A stretch of DNA of 64,000 nucleotides, taken from NCBI GenBank assembly GCA_963785035.1, contig CAWATG010000005.1, positions 287-64,286 on the forward strand, in the 5' to 3' direction. Source of the DNA: an uncultured Acidimicrobiia bacterium (GTDB lineage Bacteria > Actinomycetota > Acidimicrobiia > IMCC26256 > CAWATG01). Shown here piece after piece: positions 8,932 through 20,173 of this stretch. The translations under genes and the position numbers were made by a program. Every line of letters begins with the position of its first letter. Within the stretch, counting starts at the first letter, position 1. The notes under the pieces are model-generated. The model saw only the letters and a program-made list of their open reading frames with translations, was not told where the DNA came from and did no database searches.

Positions 8932-9849
8932 ATGGGTTTGTTCGACGGTAAGGTCGCGATTGTCACCGGCGCAGGCCGCGGAATTGGGCGCACCGAGGCG
9001 CTGTTGCTCGCCTCTGAAGGCGCTGCCGTGGTCGTCAACGATGTCGGCGGCGAGATGACGGGTGAGGGAACCGACCAGCGTCCTGCTCAGGTCGTCGTGG
9101 ACGAGATCGTGGCCGCTGGGGGCCAAGCTGCAGCCAATTACGACAGCGTGTCGAGTTGGGCCGGCGCCGAAGCGCTCGTCAAGCAAGCGGTCGACACCTT
9201 CGGTGGACTTCACATCCTCGTGAACAACGCCGGGATCCTCCGTGACGGAATGAGCTTCAATCTCGATGAAGCCGCGTGGGACGCCGTCATCGACGTGCAT
9301 CTCAAGGGCCACTTCGCGCCCAGCAAGTTCGCCGCCGTGTATTGGCGAGCACTCAGCAAGGAGACCGGCGCCCCGATCGACGGCATCATCGTGAACACGT
9401 CCTCGGAGTCCGGCCTGTACGGCAATGCCGGCCAAGCCAACTACGCAGCGGCAAAGGCCGGGATCGCATCGATGACGATCGTGATGGCACGCGAACTCGA
9501 GCGCTACGGCGTACGCGTCAATGCGATTGCGCCGGTCGCCCGGACACGCCTGACCGAGTCCATTGCCGGCGACATGATGGCGCAGAAGGAAGGCGACTTC
9601 GACAGGTTCGCCCCTGAGAACGTCGCCGCCGCCGTCGCATGGTTGGCGTCGCATCACTCCAGTGGGATCAACGGTCAAGTGATCAAGGTCCAGGGCGGCA
9701 CGATTCAGTTCATGGAGGGCTGGCGTCCGATCACCGAGATCTCGGCGAACGAAATTTGGACGATCGATTCGATCGAGGCTTCACACACCGCTCTGATGGC
9801 AAAGTCCGACGGCTCGGTCCCGTCATTCCACTTTGAGGTGAAGAACTAG
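8932..9849 (+). CDS. Short-chain dehydrogenase/reductase (3-hydroxyacyl-CoA dehydrogenase-like)
   Basis: SDR motifs GKVAIVTGAGRGIGR, NNAG and YAAAKAG. I prefer ATG 8932 (AGGTGG 5 nt upstream) over the GTG at 8923. Confidence 0.85.
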   Translation: MGLFDGKVAIVTGAGRGIGRTEALLLASEGAAVVVNDVGGEMTGEGTDQRPAQVVVDEIVAAGGQAAANYDSVSSWAGAEALVKQAVDTFGGLHILVNNAGILRDGMSFNLDEAAWDAVIDVHLKGHFAPSKFAAVYWRALSKETGAPIDGIIVNTSSESGLYGNAGQANYAAAKAGIASMTIVMARELERYGVRVNAIAPVARTRLTESIAGDMMAQKEGDFDRFAPENVAAAVAWLASHHSSGINGQVIKVQGGTIQFMEGWRPITEISANEIWTIDSIEASHTALMAKSDGSVPSFHFEVKN

Positions 9850-9976
9850 CAAAACCTCGATTGCCGCGCGGACATTGAGGGGCGTGCGCGCGACCATTCA
9901 CGCCCAACACCCCCCGCAACTGTTCGAAGCAATTGAGTTGTCGTCGGCATCTCGCCGCTGAACCGAGGGAGCAACC

Positions 9977-10765
9977 ATGGGCACGAAGCAATGGGCACCA
10001 GGGACACCATCCTGGGTTGATGTCATTGTCCCGAATGTGGAAGCCGGCAAGGCGTTCTACTCGGCACTGTTCGGGTGGTCCTTCGAGGATCAGACCGCCG
10101 ACGGCGACTGGATCTATTCCATGGCCAGCCTCGACGGCGGGCACGTGGCCGGCCTGGGTCGTCTTACGGAGCAGATGGCGTCGGGCGGCATGCCACCGGT
10201 GTGGACGAGCTACATCACGACCGATGACATCACCAAGACCGCCGAACGCGTCGTCGAGCTTGGCGGTACGGTGCTCGGCGAGGTGATGGAAGTCATGGAG
10301 TCCGGGTCCATGGTCGTCACCTCCGACCCGACGGGTGCAGTCATCGCCTTCTGGCAACCGAAAGAGCACTTCGGCGTCGATGTCGCGAATGAATCCGGAT
10401 CGTTGTGTTGGACCGAGTTACAGACCCGGGACACGGCTGCTGCGCAGCGGTACTACACCGAACTGCTCGGGTGGACCGCGACCGTCAACGGGGGCCCGAT
10501 GCAGTACACGACGTTCGAGCTCGACGGCAAGGGCATCGCCGGAATGATGAACATGCCGCCGATGATCCCAGCCCAGGTTCCGGCGAATTGGCTCGTGTAC
10601 TTCGCCGTCACCGACTGCGATGCAGCGGTAGCGCGCGTCACCGAACTCGGCGGATCCGTGATGATGCCCCCCATGGACATCCCAGGCACGGGCCGGTTCG
10701 CGGTCGTCAGCGACGACCAGAGCGCCGTGTTCGCCATCATCAAGATGGAGCCGATGAACAGCTAG
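9977..10765 (+). CDS. Two-domain VOC/glyoxalase-family protein
   Basis: Intact 262-aa ORF with two similar halves (FYSALFGWSF... and YYTELLGWTA...). GAGGGA lies upstream of the ATG. Confidence 0.7.
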   Translation: MGTKQWAPGTPSWVDVIVPNVEAGKAFYSALFGWSFEDQTADGDWIYSMASLDGGHVAGLGRLTEQMASGGMPPVWTSYITTDDITKTAERVVELGGTVLGEVMEVMESGSMVVTSDPTGAVIAFWQPKEHFGVDVANESGSLCWTELQTRDTAAAQRYYTELLGWTATVNGGPMQYTTFELDGKGIAGMMNMPPMIPAQVPANWLVYFAVTDCDAAVARVTELGGSVMMPPMDIPGTGRFAVVSDDQSAVFAIIKMEPMNS

Positions 10766-10772
10766 AGCAGCG

Positions 10773-11936
10773 TCAGGCCTCCAAAAGCGGTGGAGATGAA
10801 GGCGTGGTCGGCTGATGGTCGGTCACGCCTTCATCCTCATGCAGGTAACGCTGCACGGCGAAGGCAACGCCGACAAGTGCTGCGCCGAGCCCAACGAACG
10901 TCCCGCCATACACACCCGGCGAGTGATCCGAACCAAGGACGTCGAACGCGATGACGACCGTCGACGTCAAAGCCGTTACGGCTGCGAGCCAGGTTGTGAA
11001 TCGACGAGTGCCGCGACTCCCGACGGCGCCGACGACGAAAGCGAGCACCAAAGCTGTGCAGTGCGCCCGGAATGATCCCGACCGTGGTTCCCAATCCGGT
11101 CACAGCGGAGCTCAATGCGCCCAGCATCGGATAGACCACCGCCGTTCCAACCCGGTATGCACCCGCCCTGTCCAGGCGGATCAAGGCCATCAGCAAACCA
11201 GCGCCCAGCAGCAGGTTCACGATCCAATACGCATGACCCGGGTCGTCGGATCCGCTCTCGGGATAGTCACCGTAGTCATCCGACATTTCGTCGCTTTCCA
11301 TGTCGTCGGGGTTGTCCATGTCGTAGCTGTCCATGGGATCCGTGGAGTCGGAATTCGATGACGAGCTATATCCAGCCTGCTGCTCCCATGGAGCGATCGA
11401 CATTGAACGCGTCGCTCGAAGCGCCCGGCAAGACGAAAAAGTTGGCGAACGCCACAATCACCAACAGGCCGACCGCGAGCAGCACAGTTCGCCCACGGGC
11501 CGGGCCCACCATGAACGTCGGCGAGCACCGTCAGTGCGATGAGTGCGGTCGTGACCTTGATCTTCGTGAGATCGCCCTCACCGGAGCCGAACATGGCAAA
11601 CAGCCAGAAAGCGGGAGCCGCGACAACCACGGCACCCGTCCCCGCCGAAGGAAAACGACGAGGAAGGAGGTGCATCACCAGCAGCGCGCCCACGGCGACG
11701 AGACCCATGAGCAGCGCGCCGAGAGCACCCGAGGGGTTGTCCGAGTCAATCCACTCGAGGCCAATGCCCGCGAAACCAACCGCTATGAGCGCACCCGCGA
11801 TGCCGGCGATCGCGACACCCAATCGGGGCTTCGGTCGCTCCTCGGCCTCGAGTTCGAACGTCGCGAATCGGCGCCATCCTGGTAACGACGGCGCGTCGCC
11901 GGGTCCGTCGACTGGTTCAGCGGTCGGACTGTCCAT
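10773..11936 (-). pseudogene. Polytopic membrane protein with an acidic loop, readable only across four frames (alternatively 2-3 small genes)
   Basis: AAGGAG lies 6 nt before ATG 11936. Reading: MDSPTAEP...TM helices...TTALIALTVLADV -> FMVGPARGRTVLLAVGLLVIVAFANFFVLPGASSDAFNVDRS -> APWEQQAGY + DSYDMDNPDDMESDEMSDDYGDYPESGSDD + TM helices -> LVLAFVVGAVGS...TM. Breaks are near ~11515, ~11400 and ~11055. I recognise no family. Confidence 0.4.
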
Positions 11937-12170
11937 GATCGACTCCTTGCGCAGCAATGGGACACAAGCCCCTCTTCCGAAACCCGTCGACGGGCACCGC
12001 GCACAACCTGAGTACTTTCTGCCCGCATCTTGGCGGTTCGGCCCGGATACCCAACACCATGGCCAAATCGTTCCAGCTACCGGGAACCGCGACCCGATTC
12101 AGCCGGTCGGCGCCCGTGTAGCATCATGTAACAAACCGCAGCCAATCTGTCTCAGGTACAGGGGATCGTC

Positions 12171-14003
12171 ATGAACGTGGATATGGTGAAACTCGCCGGC
12201 GCCCGAGGGCGCTTGAGCGGCGACGCAACCGTCGATCCGGTCACCGCCGAAGTCGTTCGCGGGGGCATGGAAACGATCTGCTTCGAAATGGCCGAATATG
12301 TTTCCCGCACGGCAACCACACCGATTCTGAACCAGAGCAACGAACGCAACGCCACCATCCTCGACGCGCAAGGCCGCCTCGCTGCGCTCAGTGTCGGCAT
12401 CCCGCAGTTCATGCTGACATCCACCTTGCCCGTGCGATTCGCACTCGACTTCCTCGGTGTCGAAGAGTTCCGCGAGGGCGACGTATTCCTCGCGAACGAC
12501 CCGTATCACGGTGGCGGCCATCTCCCTGATTACAACGTTTTCGCCCCGGTCTTCGCGGACGACCCCATGCGGCCCGGCACTCGCCGCATGGTGCTGATCG
12601 CAAGCATCCAGTGTCACCACGGCGATACCGGAGGCGCTGTACCCGGTGGGTACAACGTGACGGCCAACGACCTCTGGGGTGAAGGCGTGCGTTGGCCCGT
12701 CATCAAAGTCGTCGACCAGGGAATCGAACGACGCGACGTCGTGTACTCGCTCTCGGCGAACAACCGGATCCCAAGCTTCATCGGCGACATCCGCGCACAG
12801 ATCGGTGCGGCCCAGCTTGCCTGCGTCAGACTTGGCCAGCTGCTGGAGCGTTTCGGTACAACGACGGTCGAAGAAAGCGTCGACCTGATGATCGACTATG
12901 CGGCGAAACGTTTCCGCGAAGAGGTCAGCAGCTGGGCCGACGGTGTCTACGAAGCCGACGCCTACGTCGACCACGACCCGCTCGGCCACCTTGACGTCCA
13001 TCTCCATGTGAAGATCACCGTCGCCGGCGACACCCTCACCATCGACTTCACCGGTTCCGACACCCGCCAGGAACTCCAGGCGTGGTCGACCTTCGGCAAC
13101 ACCCGTGGCTACACCATCGGCCAGATTGCCTCGATGATGGACCCGGAGATCCCTAAGAACGAAGGCTTCTTCGACCAGATCAAACTCATCGTTCCTCAGG
13201 GCTGTGTCCTGAACCCGACGCCAGGCCGTCCGGTCTCGGCGGGAACACACCATCCTGGCGCCGACGTCGGCGAGGTCATCGCAGTCGCAATGCAGTACGT
13301 GTTGCCGGACAAGGCGGTGCCACAGGTCTACAAGACCGGAATCCCGACGGTCATCGTCGGCATCGATCCACGTACGGGCGTTTCGTTCACCGACCACTCC
13401 GCCGAGGTCTACTCAGGATGGTGCAACGCGGCGAAAGGCCTCGACGGCTGGGGCGCGCAGAACGCCAGCTTCGGCAATCTCTGGAAGGCCACAGCAGAGA
13501 TCAACGAGAGTCTGTATCCGCATATTCAGTGGTCACGTGACTTGCGAACCGACTCGGGCGGTCCGGGCCAGTGGCGTGGCCAGTGCGGCAGTCATTACCA
13601 AAAAGAGGTCCGCGTCGACGCCAAGGTGTACACGTACGTGGTCGGCATGAAGTACCCGATGCCAGGAATCTGCGGCGGAATGCCGGGCGCGCCGAACGAG
13701 ATGATCCTGCGTTATGGCTCCGACGACCCGTACCCTGTTCGACACACCGCCAACTGGGTCCCGATCGCCAAAGGCCAGCGGATCCTCTACAACTACGGCG
13801 GTGGAGGCGGTTGGGGAAACCCCCTCGACCGTGACACCCAAGCGGTACTCGATGACGTGCTCGACGAGTACGTCAGCTTCGAGGGCGCCGAGCGCGACTA
13901 CGGCGTCGTGCTCACTGGATCCCTGGAAGACCTGACACTCGCAGTCGATGAGGCTGCAACCACGAAACTGCGCGACACCCGACGCGCCCAGACGAACCGG
14001 TAG
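12171..14003 (+). CDS. Hydantoinase B/oxoprolinase-family protein (HyuB / acetone-carboxylase-alpha-like)
   Basis: Intact 610-aa ORF with family-typical sequence throughout (DPVTAEVVRGGMETICFEMAEYVSRTA, NDPYHGGGHLPD). Confidence 0.85.
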   Translation: MNVDMVKLAGARGRLSGDATVDPVTAEVVRGGMETICFEMAEYVSRTATTPILNQSNERNATILDAQGRLAALSVGIPQFMLTSTLPVRFALDFLGVEEFREGDVFLANDPYHGGGHLPDYNVFAPVFADDPMRPGTRRMVLIASIQCHHGDTGGAVPGGYNVTANDLWGEGVRWPVIKVVDQGIERRDVVYSLSANNRIPSFIGDIRAQIGAAQLACVRLGQLLERFGTTTVEESVDLMIDYAAKRFREEVSSWADGVYEADAYVDHDPLGHLDVHLHVKITVAGDTLTIDFTGSDTRQELQAWSTFGNTRGYTIGQIASMMDPEIPKNEGFFDQIKLIVPQGCVLNPTPGRPVSAGTHHPGADVGEVIAVAMQYVLPDKAVPQVYKTGIPTVIVGIDPRTGVSFTDHSAEVYSGWCNAAKGLDGWGAQNASFGNLWKATAEINESLYPHIQWSRDLRTDSGGPGQWRGQCGSHYQKEVRVDAKVYTYVVGMKYPMPGICGGMPGAPNEMILRYGSDDPYPVRHTANWVPIAKGQRILYNYGGGGGWGNPLDRDTQAVLDDVLDEYVSFEGAERDYGVVLTGSLEDLTLAVDEAATTKLRDTRRAQTNR

Positions 14004-14008
14004 AGACC

Positions 14009-16098
14009 ATGACAAGTACCAATACAGCGACCTCTGGCTACCGCGTCGGCGTCGACGTCGGAGGCACCTTCACCGACCTGATCTGCGTCGTCCCCAGTGG
14101 CGACATAGTCCTCGACAAGACCCCCACGACACTCGAGGACCAGTCGATCGGCGTCATGAACGGTCTCGGGCAACTCGCGAGCCGCTTCGGCATCACGCTC
14201 AACGAGTTCTGCGCTGCGATGGAGATCCTCGTGCACGGCACCACCACCGCCGACAACACGATGATCGAGATGAACGGAGCGAACACCGGACTGCTCGTCA
14301 CCGAGGGTCACCGTGACGAAATCGAATTCCGGCGCGTTCACAAAGAAAAGATCTGGGATCCGACCTATCCCGCGCCGCCCGCCATCGCGCGTCGTCGCGC
14401 GCGAATCCCAATCCCCGAACGTCTCGATTTCGAAGGCAATGTCATCATGGACCTCGACGAGGACGCAGTCCGCCGTGGAGTCCGACGTCTCCGCGATCTC
14501 GGATGCACGTCGATTGCCGTGATGTTCCTCTTCAGCTACATCAACCCAACGCACGAACGGCGTGCAGCGGAAATCGTGCGTGAGGAATTCCCCGACGTCG
14601 AGCACATCTCCCTCTCGAATGAGATCATGGCGCGTGGCCCAGAGTTCGAACGGGTCTCGACCACGCTCGTGAACGCGTACGTCGCTCCGAAGATCGCGCG
14701 CTACGTCGGACATCTTCAGGACAAGCTCCGATCCGCTGGCTATGCCGGACAGCTCCTCATCATGCAATCGACCGGCGGCGTCATGCCCCCCGACTACGTC
14801 GCCAAGCGTGCCGTGTCACTGCTCGGTTCCGGACCTACCGGTGGGGTCATGGGCGCGACCATCGCTGCCCGCCAAGATGGCATCCACGATTTCGTTGCCG
14901 TTGACATGGGCGGTACGAGCTACGACCTGTGCCTCGTGCGCGATAGCCAGCCCGAGATCAAGACCGAGTGGAACTGGCGATACCGCTACTACATCGGCCT
15001 GCCTATGGTCGACGTGCAAAGCGTCGGTGCCGGTGGCGGCTCGATCGCCAGAGTCCGTCAAGGCGCGCTACTCGTCGGACCTGAGTCTGCGGGCTCGAAC
15101 CCCGGGCCGGTCTGTTACTCGCGCGGCGGCACCCTTCCGACCGTCACCGACGCCGACGCTGTGCTCGGCTATCTGCCCGCCGATGGATTTGCCGGTGGTC
15201 GCATGTCCCTCGACGTCGATGCTGCTCGCGAAGCGATTCGCCGTGAGGTCGCCGAGCCCCTCGGTCTCGACATCGTCGAAGCCGCCTGGGGTATCGAGCG
15301 CATCGTCAACGCCAACATGGCAAATGCAACCCGTCGGGTCCTCGCGTCCCATGGAGCCGATGCGCGTGAGCTCTCGCTGATCGCGTACGGCGGCAACGGT
15401 GCCGTCCATGCCTGGGCCATCGCCGCCGAGTTGGGTATCGATCGGATCCTCGTTCCGAAGGCCGCACCCGCCTTCTCGGCTCTTGGCGTGCTCGTCGCGG
15501 ACTACGTCGTCGATGTTGTCCGTGCGTATGTGACGCCTCTGTCACAGGTCGACGTGGGTCGCGTGCGCTCTCTGATGGCGGAGCTGCTTGATGAGGCAGC
15601 CAAGGAACTCGAACCGGCCGGTCTCGACCCAGCCGATGTCGAAACCAACGTGCTCGTCCAGATGTGTTATCCGGGCCAGAACTTCGATATGAGTGTTCCG
15701 GTTCCCGAGACGACACAACTTGGCGAGACCGGTCTGCTTGACCTGGCGGAACGGTTCCACGCTCAGCACGAACGCGAGCGCGGCTTCTGTTTTACGAATA
15801 TGCAGCCAGTCCTACGCGGGGTGCGCGTTGTGGCACGCGGCGTCGACGAAGAAGCCGTCGAAACTTGCCGAGCTCGGGACGGTCACCGACGCGGATCTCG
15901 CAATCACGGGGACACGTCCGGCGTACTTCGGTACGGAGTTCGTCGATACGCCACTCTACGACGGGCCCAAACTCGGTGCCGGCGCTTCCATCACTGGGAC
16001 CAGCGTTGATCCAAGAGCCATTCACTGTGGTCGTGGTGCCTCCCGGGTCGATTGCCCGCCTCGATGTACACGGGAACTACGAGATCACAACCGCCTGA
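14009..16098 (+). pseudogene. Hydantoinase A/oxoprolinase-family protein (HyuA-like); two frame breaks near the C-terminus as assembled
   Basis: Family motifs YRVGVDVGGTFTDL and DMGGTSYD. After RGVRVVARGV the protein continues as TKKPSKLAELGTVTDADLAITGTRPAYFGTEFVDTPLYDGPKLGAGASITG -> PALIQEPFTVVVVPPGSIARLDVHGNYEITTA. Breaks are near ~15845 and ~15998; removing one base in GGGACC restores the second. Confidence 0.8.
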
Positions 16099-16119
16099 GG
16101 TTGCACACCGGGAGCGGCC

Positions 16120-17280
16120 CTACCTCGGCAAGCCAAGGATCCGTTCGCCGATGATGGTGCGCTGCACCTCGGAGGTTCCACCAGCGATCGAGGCAGCCTT
16201 GCTCCACAACCATTGTCGCTGCCACTTGCCGCCACCGGGAATGTCCGCGCCACCAACGTAGAGTGGACCGGCCGCGCCTGTAATTGCGAGGGCCGTGTCG
16301 GCCATGTGTTGACTCATGTCCGACCACGCCAGCTTCACAAAGCTCGACTCAGGACCTGGCTCGATGCCCCGCCCGAGACGCGAGAGCGTCCGCCAGTTGT
16401 GGAGCCGCAACACGCGCAGTTCCACGAACGACTGCGCCAATGCGTCCGAGATCTCGGGAAAATCGAGCAGCCCCTCCTCCTCGGCCAGTGCGTACAGCTC
16501 ATCGAGGAAGACTTCGTGAACCACCTGCTCCTTGAACGGAAACGACGTGCCGCGCTCATGCGCCAGCGTCGTATTGGCAACCGCCCAACCCTGATCGAGG
16601 CCGCCCACGAGGTGATCATCGGGCACGAAGACCTCATCGAGGAAGACCTCGTTGAACTCGGCTTCTCCGGTGATCTGCACAAGAGGGCGTATCTCGATCC
16701 CGGGTGCGGTCATGTCGACCACGAGATAGGAGATGCCACGGTGCTTGGACACCTCACGATTCGTGCGCGCCAGGCAGATCCCCCACCGCGCATACTGCGC
16801 GTAACTCGTCCAGACCTTCTGACCGCTGAGTAGCCATCCGCCCTCGGTACGCTCGGCGCGTGTCGACAATGAAGCCAGGTCAGAACCCGCGCCTGGTTCG
16901 CTGAACAGCTGACACCAGATCTCACGTGCATCGAGAATCGTCGGAAGCCACCGCTGCTTCTGCTCATCGGTTCCGTGCGCGAGCAAGGTCGGCCCCGCGA
17001 GGTTGATGCCAACACGGTTGACCGGCTGCAGTGCTCGCGATCGTGCGTACTCCATGTTGAAAATCGCGACCTGTACCGGCGTGGCGCCTCGCCCGCCGTA
17101 CTCGGACGGCCAATGAATTCCGACCCAGTGATCTGCGGCCAGCTTCGCCTGCCACTCGCGACCCCAGCCAATCTCGTCATCGAGCGAATCAAAGTGTGGG
17201 GGCAACTCGAGATGTGCGCGCAACCACTCGCGTACCTCTGCTGCGAATGCCATTTCGTCTGCGGTGAATGCGAGATCCAT
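16120..17280 (-). CDS. Acyl-CoA dehydrogenase (FadE-like)
   Basis: Start at ATG 17280 (MDLAFTADEMAFAAEV). Motifs CQLFSEPGAGSDLASL and GGTSEVQRTIIGERILGLPR. The 583-aa track ORF over-extends into the upstream gene. Confidence 0.85.
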   Translation of the reverse strand: MDLAFTADEMAFAAEVREWLRAHLELPPHFDSLDDEIGWGREWQAKLAADHWVGIHWPSEYGGRGATPVQVAIFNMEYARSRALQPVNRVGINLAGPTLLAHGTDEQKQRWLPTILDAREIWCQLFSEPGAGSDLASLSTRAERTEGGWLLSGQKVWTSYAQYARWGICLARTNREVSKHRGISYLVVDMTAPGIEIRPLVQITGEAEFNEVFLDEVFVPDDHLVGGLDQGWAVANTTLAHERGTSFPFKEQVVHEVFLDELYALAEEEGLLDFPEISDALAQSFVELRVLRLHNWRTLSRLGRGIEPGPESSFVKLAWSDMSQHMADTALAITGAAGPLYVGGADIPGGGKWQRQWLWSKAASIAGGTSEVQRTIIGERILGLPR

Positions 17281-17290
17281 CAGAGGCCGA

Positions 17291-19021
17291 TCACAGATCC
17301 CAGAAGCGCTCACGCTGGTAGCGCACAAAGGAAGCGTGCACCGCACGTTCGTCGTCTTCGGTGAAACGACGGTATGTGTCCTCGCCCCGCATACGAACGT
17401 AGACCTCGTCTCCGTGCACGAGATCGCCGCGGAACTTCTCGCGGACCAAGGTGCGCTTGACGATCTTGTTGGTGCCCGTCGTGGGAGGATCTCGCAGGAT
17501 GCGGACGTAGCGTGGACGCCACTTCGGACCGATCGCGTCCTGCGCGTCAATCCAAGCTGCGAAGCTTTGCGGATCGAACGTCGCACCATCCTTGAGGACA
17601 AGGCCTGCCATGACCTGATCGCCTGCCTGATCGTCGGGGACGCCGTAGACGACAGCGAGCACGACCTCGGGCGAACGGCCGATCGTCGTTTCGATCGGAC
17701 CGGCCGGGAAGTTCTCGCCGTCCACACGAATCCAGTCGGCGTTTCGGCCTGCGAAATACAAGAACCGCTGCTCGTCGAGATAGCCGAGGTCGCCAGTCCA
17801 GTACCACCCGTTGCGCATGGTCTTGGAGTTCGCTTCGTCGTTGTTGTAGTAGCCCTCGAACGGACCGACACCGGCCGTGTTGACTATCTCTCCGACACAT
17901 TCATCCGCGTTGAGGAGCCGACCATCGGCATCAAAACGCGCGTAGGGCAACTCGACGCCCTCCGCATCGACGACCTTGACGGCTTCACCGGCTTGGCCGA
18001 GCGCCCCCGCACGTTCGGTCGCTCCCCCGTCGAGCGCGTCGCGGTTGACAGCGACACCACCCTCGGTCGCGCCATACGCATCGATCACGTCCACCGCGTA
18101 GCGACGGGCGAAGTTGTCGACGAGTTCAGGCGAACCCTCGTTGCCAAACGCAACGCGCAGGGTATTCACGGCGTCGTCGGGAAGCTCCGGCGTCGAGAGC
18201 ACATAGGCCAAGGGCTTGCCGGTGTAGTTGAAATAGGTGGCTCCGTAGCGGCGGATGTCGCTCAGCCAACGCGACGCCGAGAATCTTCGAGCCAGCCCGA
18301 CCGATGCGCCGTAGACAATTGACGGTGCCCAACCGACCATCAGCGCGTTCGAGTGGAACAGCGGCATGCAGACGTATCCAACGTCGTCGGGACCCAGCTC
18401 CATGATGATGCCCATACGCGCGCCGGTGACCAGAAGACGGCGCTGCGAACAGATCACAGCCTTCGGCGCGTCCGAGGTGCCGGACGTGAAGATGAGACCC
18501 CAGATCGCGTCGGGATCCGGCACCACACCCGGGTCGTCCGTCGACATCTGCGCAAGCACTTCGTCGAGCGACGCACCAAACGTGACCGGCGGATCGTCGG
18601 GCTCGGCGTCGCGCGACGTCACCAGGAGGGCATCGCGACCGCCAGGTAGCTCGTCGGCAATCGATTCCAACAGGTGTAGATGGCGCGGCTCGGTGATGAC
18701 CAGACCGCAGTGCGTGTGCGTGATGTCGCGAAGGAGATGTTCACCGCGGCGAGTGTGGTTCAGACCAACAACTGCGGATCCGGAAAGCGCCGCGCCTCCG
18801 AGAGCGAAGAGATAATCGGGAGTGTTGTCGAGCAGCACCGCAACGTGCAGCGCTCGGTCCTCTGGCTTGTGCGCCAGGAACAGGTTGGCCCAACGTACCG
18901 ACTCGGCAACGTACTCAGCGTGGGTCCACGTGCGATCTGCGAACTTCACCGCGGGCCGGTCGCGGATCGTCGGATCCGTGGCGTTACGCCGCAACAAAGC
19001 AGCGGCGTTCTCCGCCGGCAT
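17291..19021 (-). CDS. Long-chain acyl-CoA synthetase (AMP-binding, FadD-like)
   Basis: Motifs LIFTSGTSDAPKAV, YGATEGG and TGDLGYLDEQRFLYFAGR. Start at ATG 19021 (MPAENAAALL) chosen; earlier starts up to 19165 are possible. Confidence 0.85.
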   Translation of the reverse strand: MPAENAAALLRRNATDPTIRDRPAVKFADRTWTHAEYVAESVRWANLFLAHKPEDRALHVAVLLDNTPDYLFALGGAALSGSAVVGLNHTRRGEHLLRDITHTHCGLVITEPRHLHLLESIADELPGGRDALLVTSRDAEPDDPPVTFGASLDEVLAQMSTDDPGVVPDPDAIWGLIFTSGTSDAPKAVICSQRRLLVTGARMGIIMELGPDDVGYVCMPLFHSNALMVGWAPSIVYGASVGLARRFSASRWLSDIRRYGATYFNYTGKPLAYVLSTPELPDDAVNTLRVAFGNEGSPELVDNFARRYAVDVIDAYGATEGGVAVNRDALDGGATERAGALGQAGEAVKVVDAEGVELPYARFDADGRLLNADECVGEIVNTAGVGPFEGYYNNDEANSKTMRNGWYWTGDLGYLDEQRFLYFAGRNADWIRVDGENFPAGPIETTIGRSPEVVLAVVYGVPDDQAGDQVMAGLVLKDGATFDPQSFAAWIDAQDAIGPKWRPRYVRILRDPPTTGTNKIVKRTLVREKFRGDLVHGDEVYVRMRGEDTYRRFTEDDERAVHASFVRYQRERFWDL

Positions 19022-19273
19022 CGGAGCCTCGCCGGGAGCGGGAACGGATTTTCGGGCAAGTGACGTCACGAAGCAAGCCTGTTCATCTCGAATATGGGGC
19101 TCCCAACTGTACCGGCCAACCAACGAGCACTTGGAGCCGGGATTCGACCGCGCGCCGACGGCCAAAGAGGCTCCCGAACCTCCGACGCGGCACGAATGAA
19201 CCGCGGCTCAACATGCTGCGCACCTATCATGACCTGCGGAATCGCCACTGCTAGGCGTTCGTGAGCGGGAGTC

Positions 19274-20172
19274 ATGGGGCGAGAAGGCAACCCACGAGAA
19301 CACGCCGCAACCCTTCAACTCGTCGATCTCGCCGCCTTCGAGAAGGTCGACCTTGTCGGCGCAGCGGATCTGCATTGCAATTGTGGGTTTCCGTATAGCA
19401 CGGACCCGGTCGACGCCCTTGCAGCAGCGACCGACGCCGCAGCGGCACGCTTTCGGGCAATCGTCCTCACCTGCCCTGGAGTGCCCGACTGTGCTCGTCG
19501 CCAACGTGGTCGCGGCGGTGGTCCCCGATATCGCCGTCTTCGGCAGCGTTGCCTGCGAGCGGGAGATCGGCGGAATCAATCCAGCGGCTGTTGAAGCAGC
19601 ATTGCGAGGCGGCGCAAAGATCGTGTCGCTCCCAACTGTCGGAGTTCGCGGCGAAGCACGCATCGGCGTCCCTGGGAATCCGGCGGCTTCGGCACCGCCG
19701 ATCGCTGTCTGCGACGACGAAACCGGTGAGCTGCTCTACCACACGCACGAGGTGATGGCGCTTGTCGCCCAGCATGACGCGATCCTTGCCACTGGACACA
19801 TCTCGCAGTTCGAGAGCTACGCCGTTGCCAAAGCCTTCGCCGGCAAGGGCAGGATTATCGTCACGAACGCCACTGAGCTTCTCACCGCCGACCAATGCAT
19901 CGAACTCGTCGCCCTTGGCGCAACGATCGAGATCACCGCAAAGACGTTCATCGGCAACGACGCGACGCGAGCACCCACAGAAGCTGGAGCATTCATTCGC
20001 GCAATCGGGACCGACCACGTCGTCTTGAGCAGCGGTTTAGGCTCGGGCGCCGATGGTGCAACCGGCTCGCGGGCTGCACCACTTCGCCGAAGCGCTGGTG
20101 ACGAGTGGCGTGACAGATTCGGCAGTGCGCCAAATGGCGTGCACGAACCCGGCCACGCTGCTCGGGTACTAG
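19274..20172 (+). pseudogene. Amidohydrolase-like (TIM-barrel metal hydrolase) protein; two frame breaks as assembled
   Basis: Reading: VDLVGAADLHCNCG...RFRAIVLT -> ALECPTVLVANVVAAVVPDIAVFGSVA...ILATGHIS...IIVTNA...DHVVLSSGLGSG -> PMVQPARGLHHFAEALVTSGVTDSAVRQMACTNPATLLGY. Breaks are near ~19470 and ~20050. The family assignment is tentative. Confidence 0.5.
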
Positions 20173-20173
20173 C

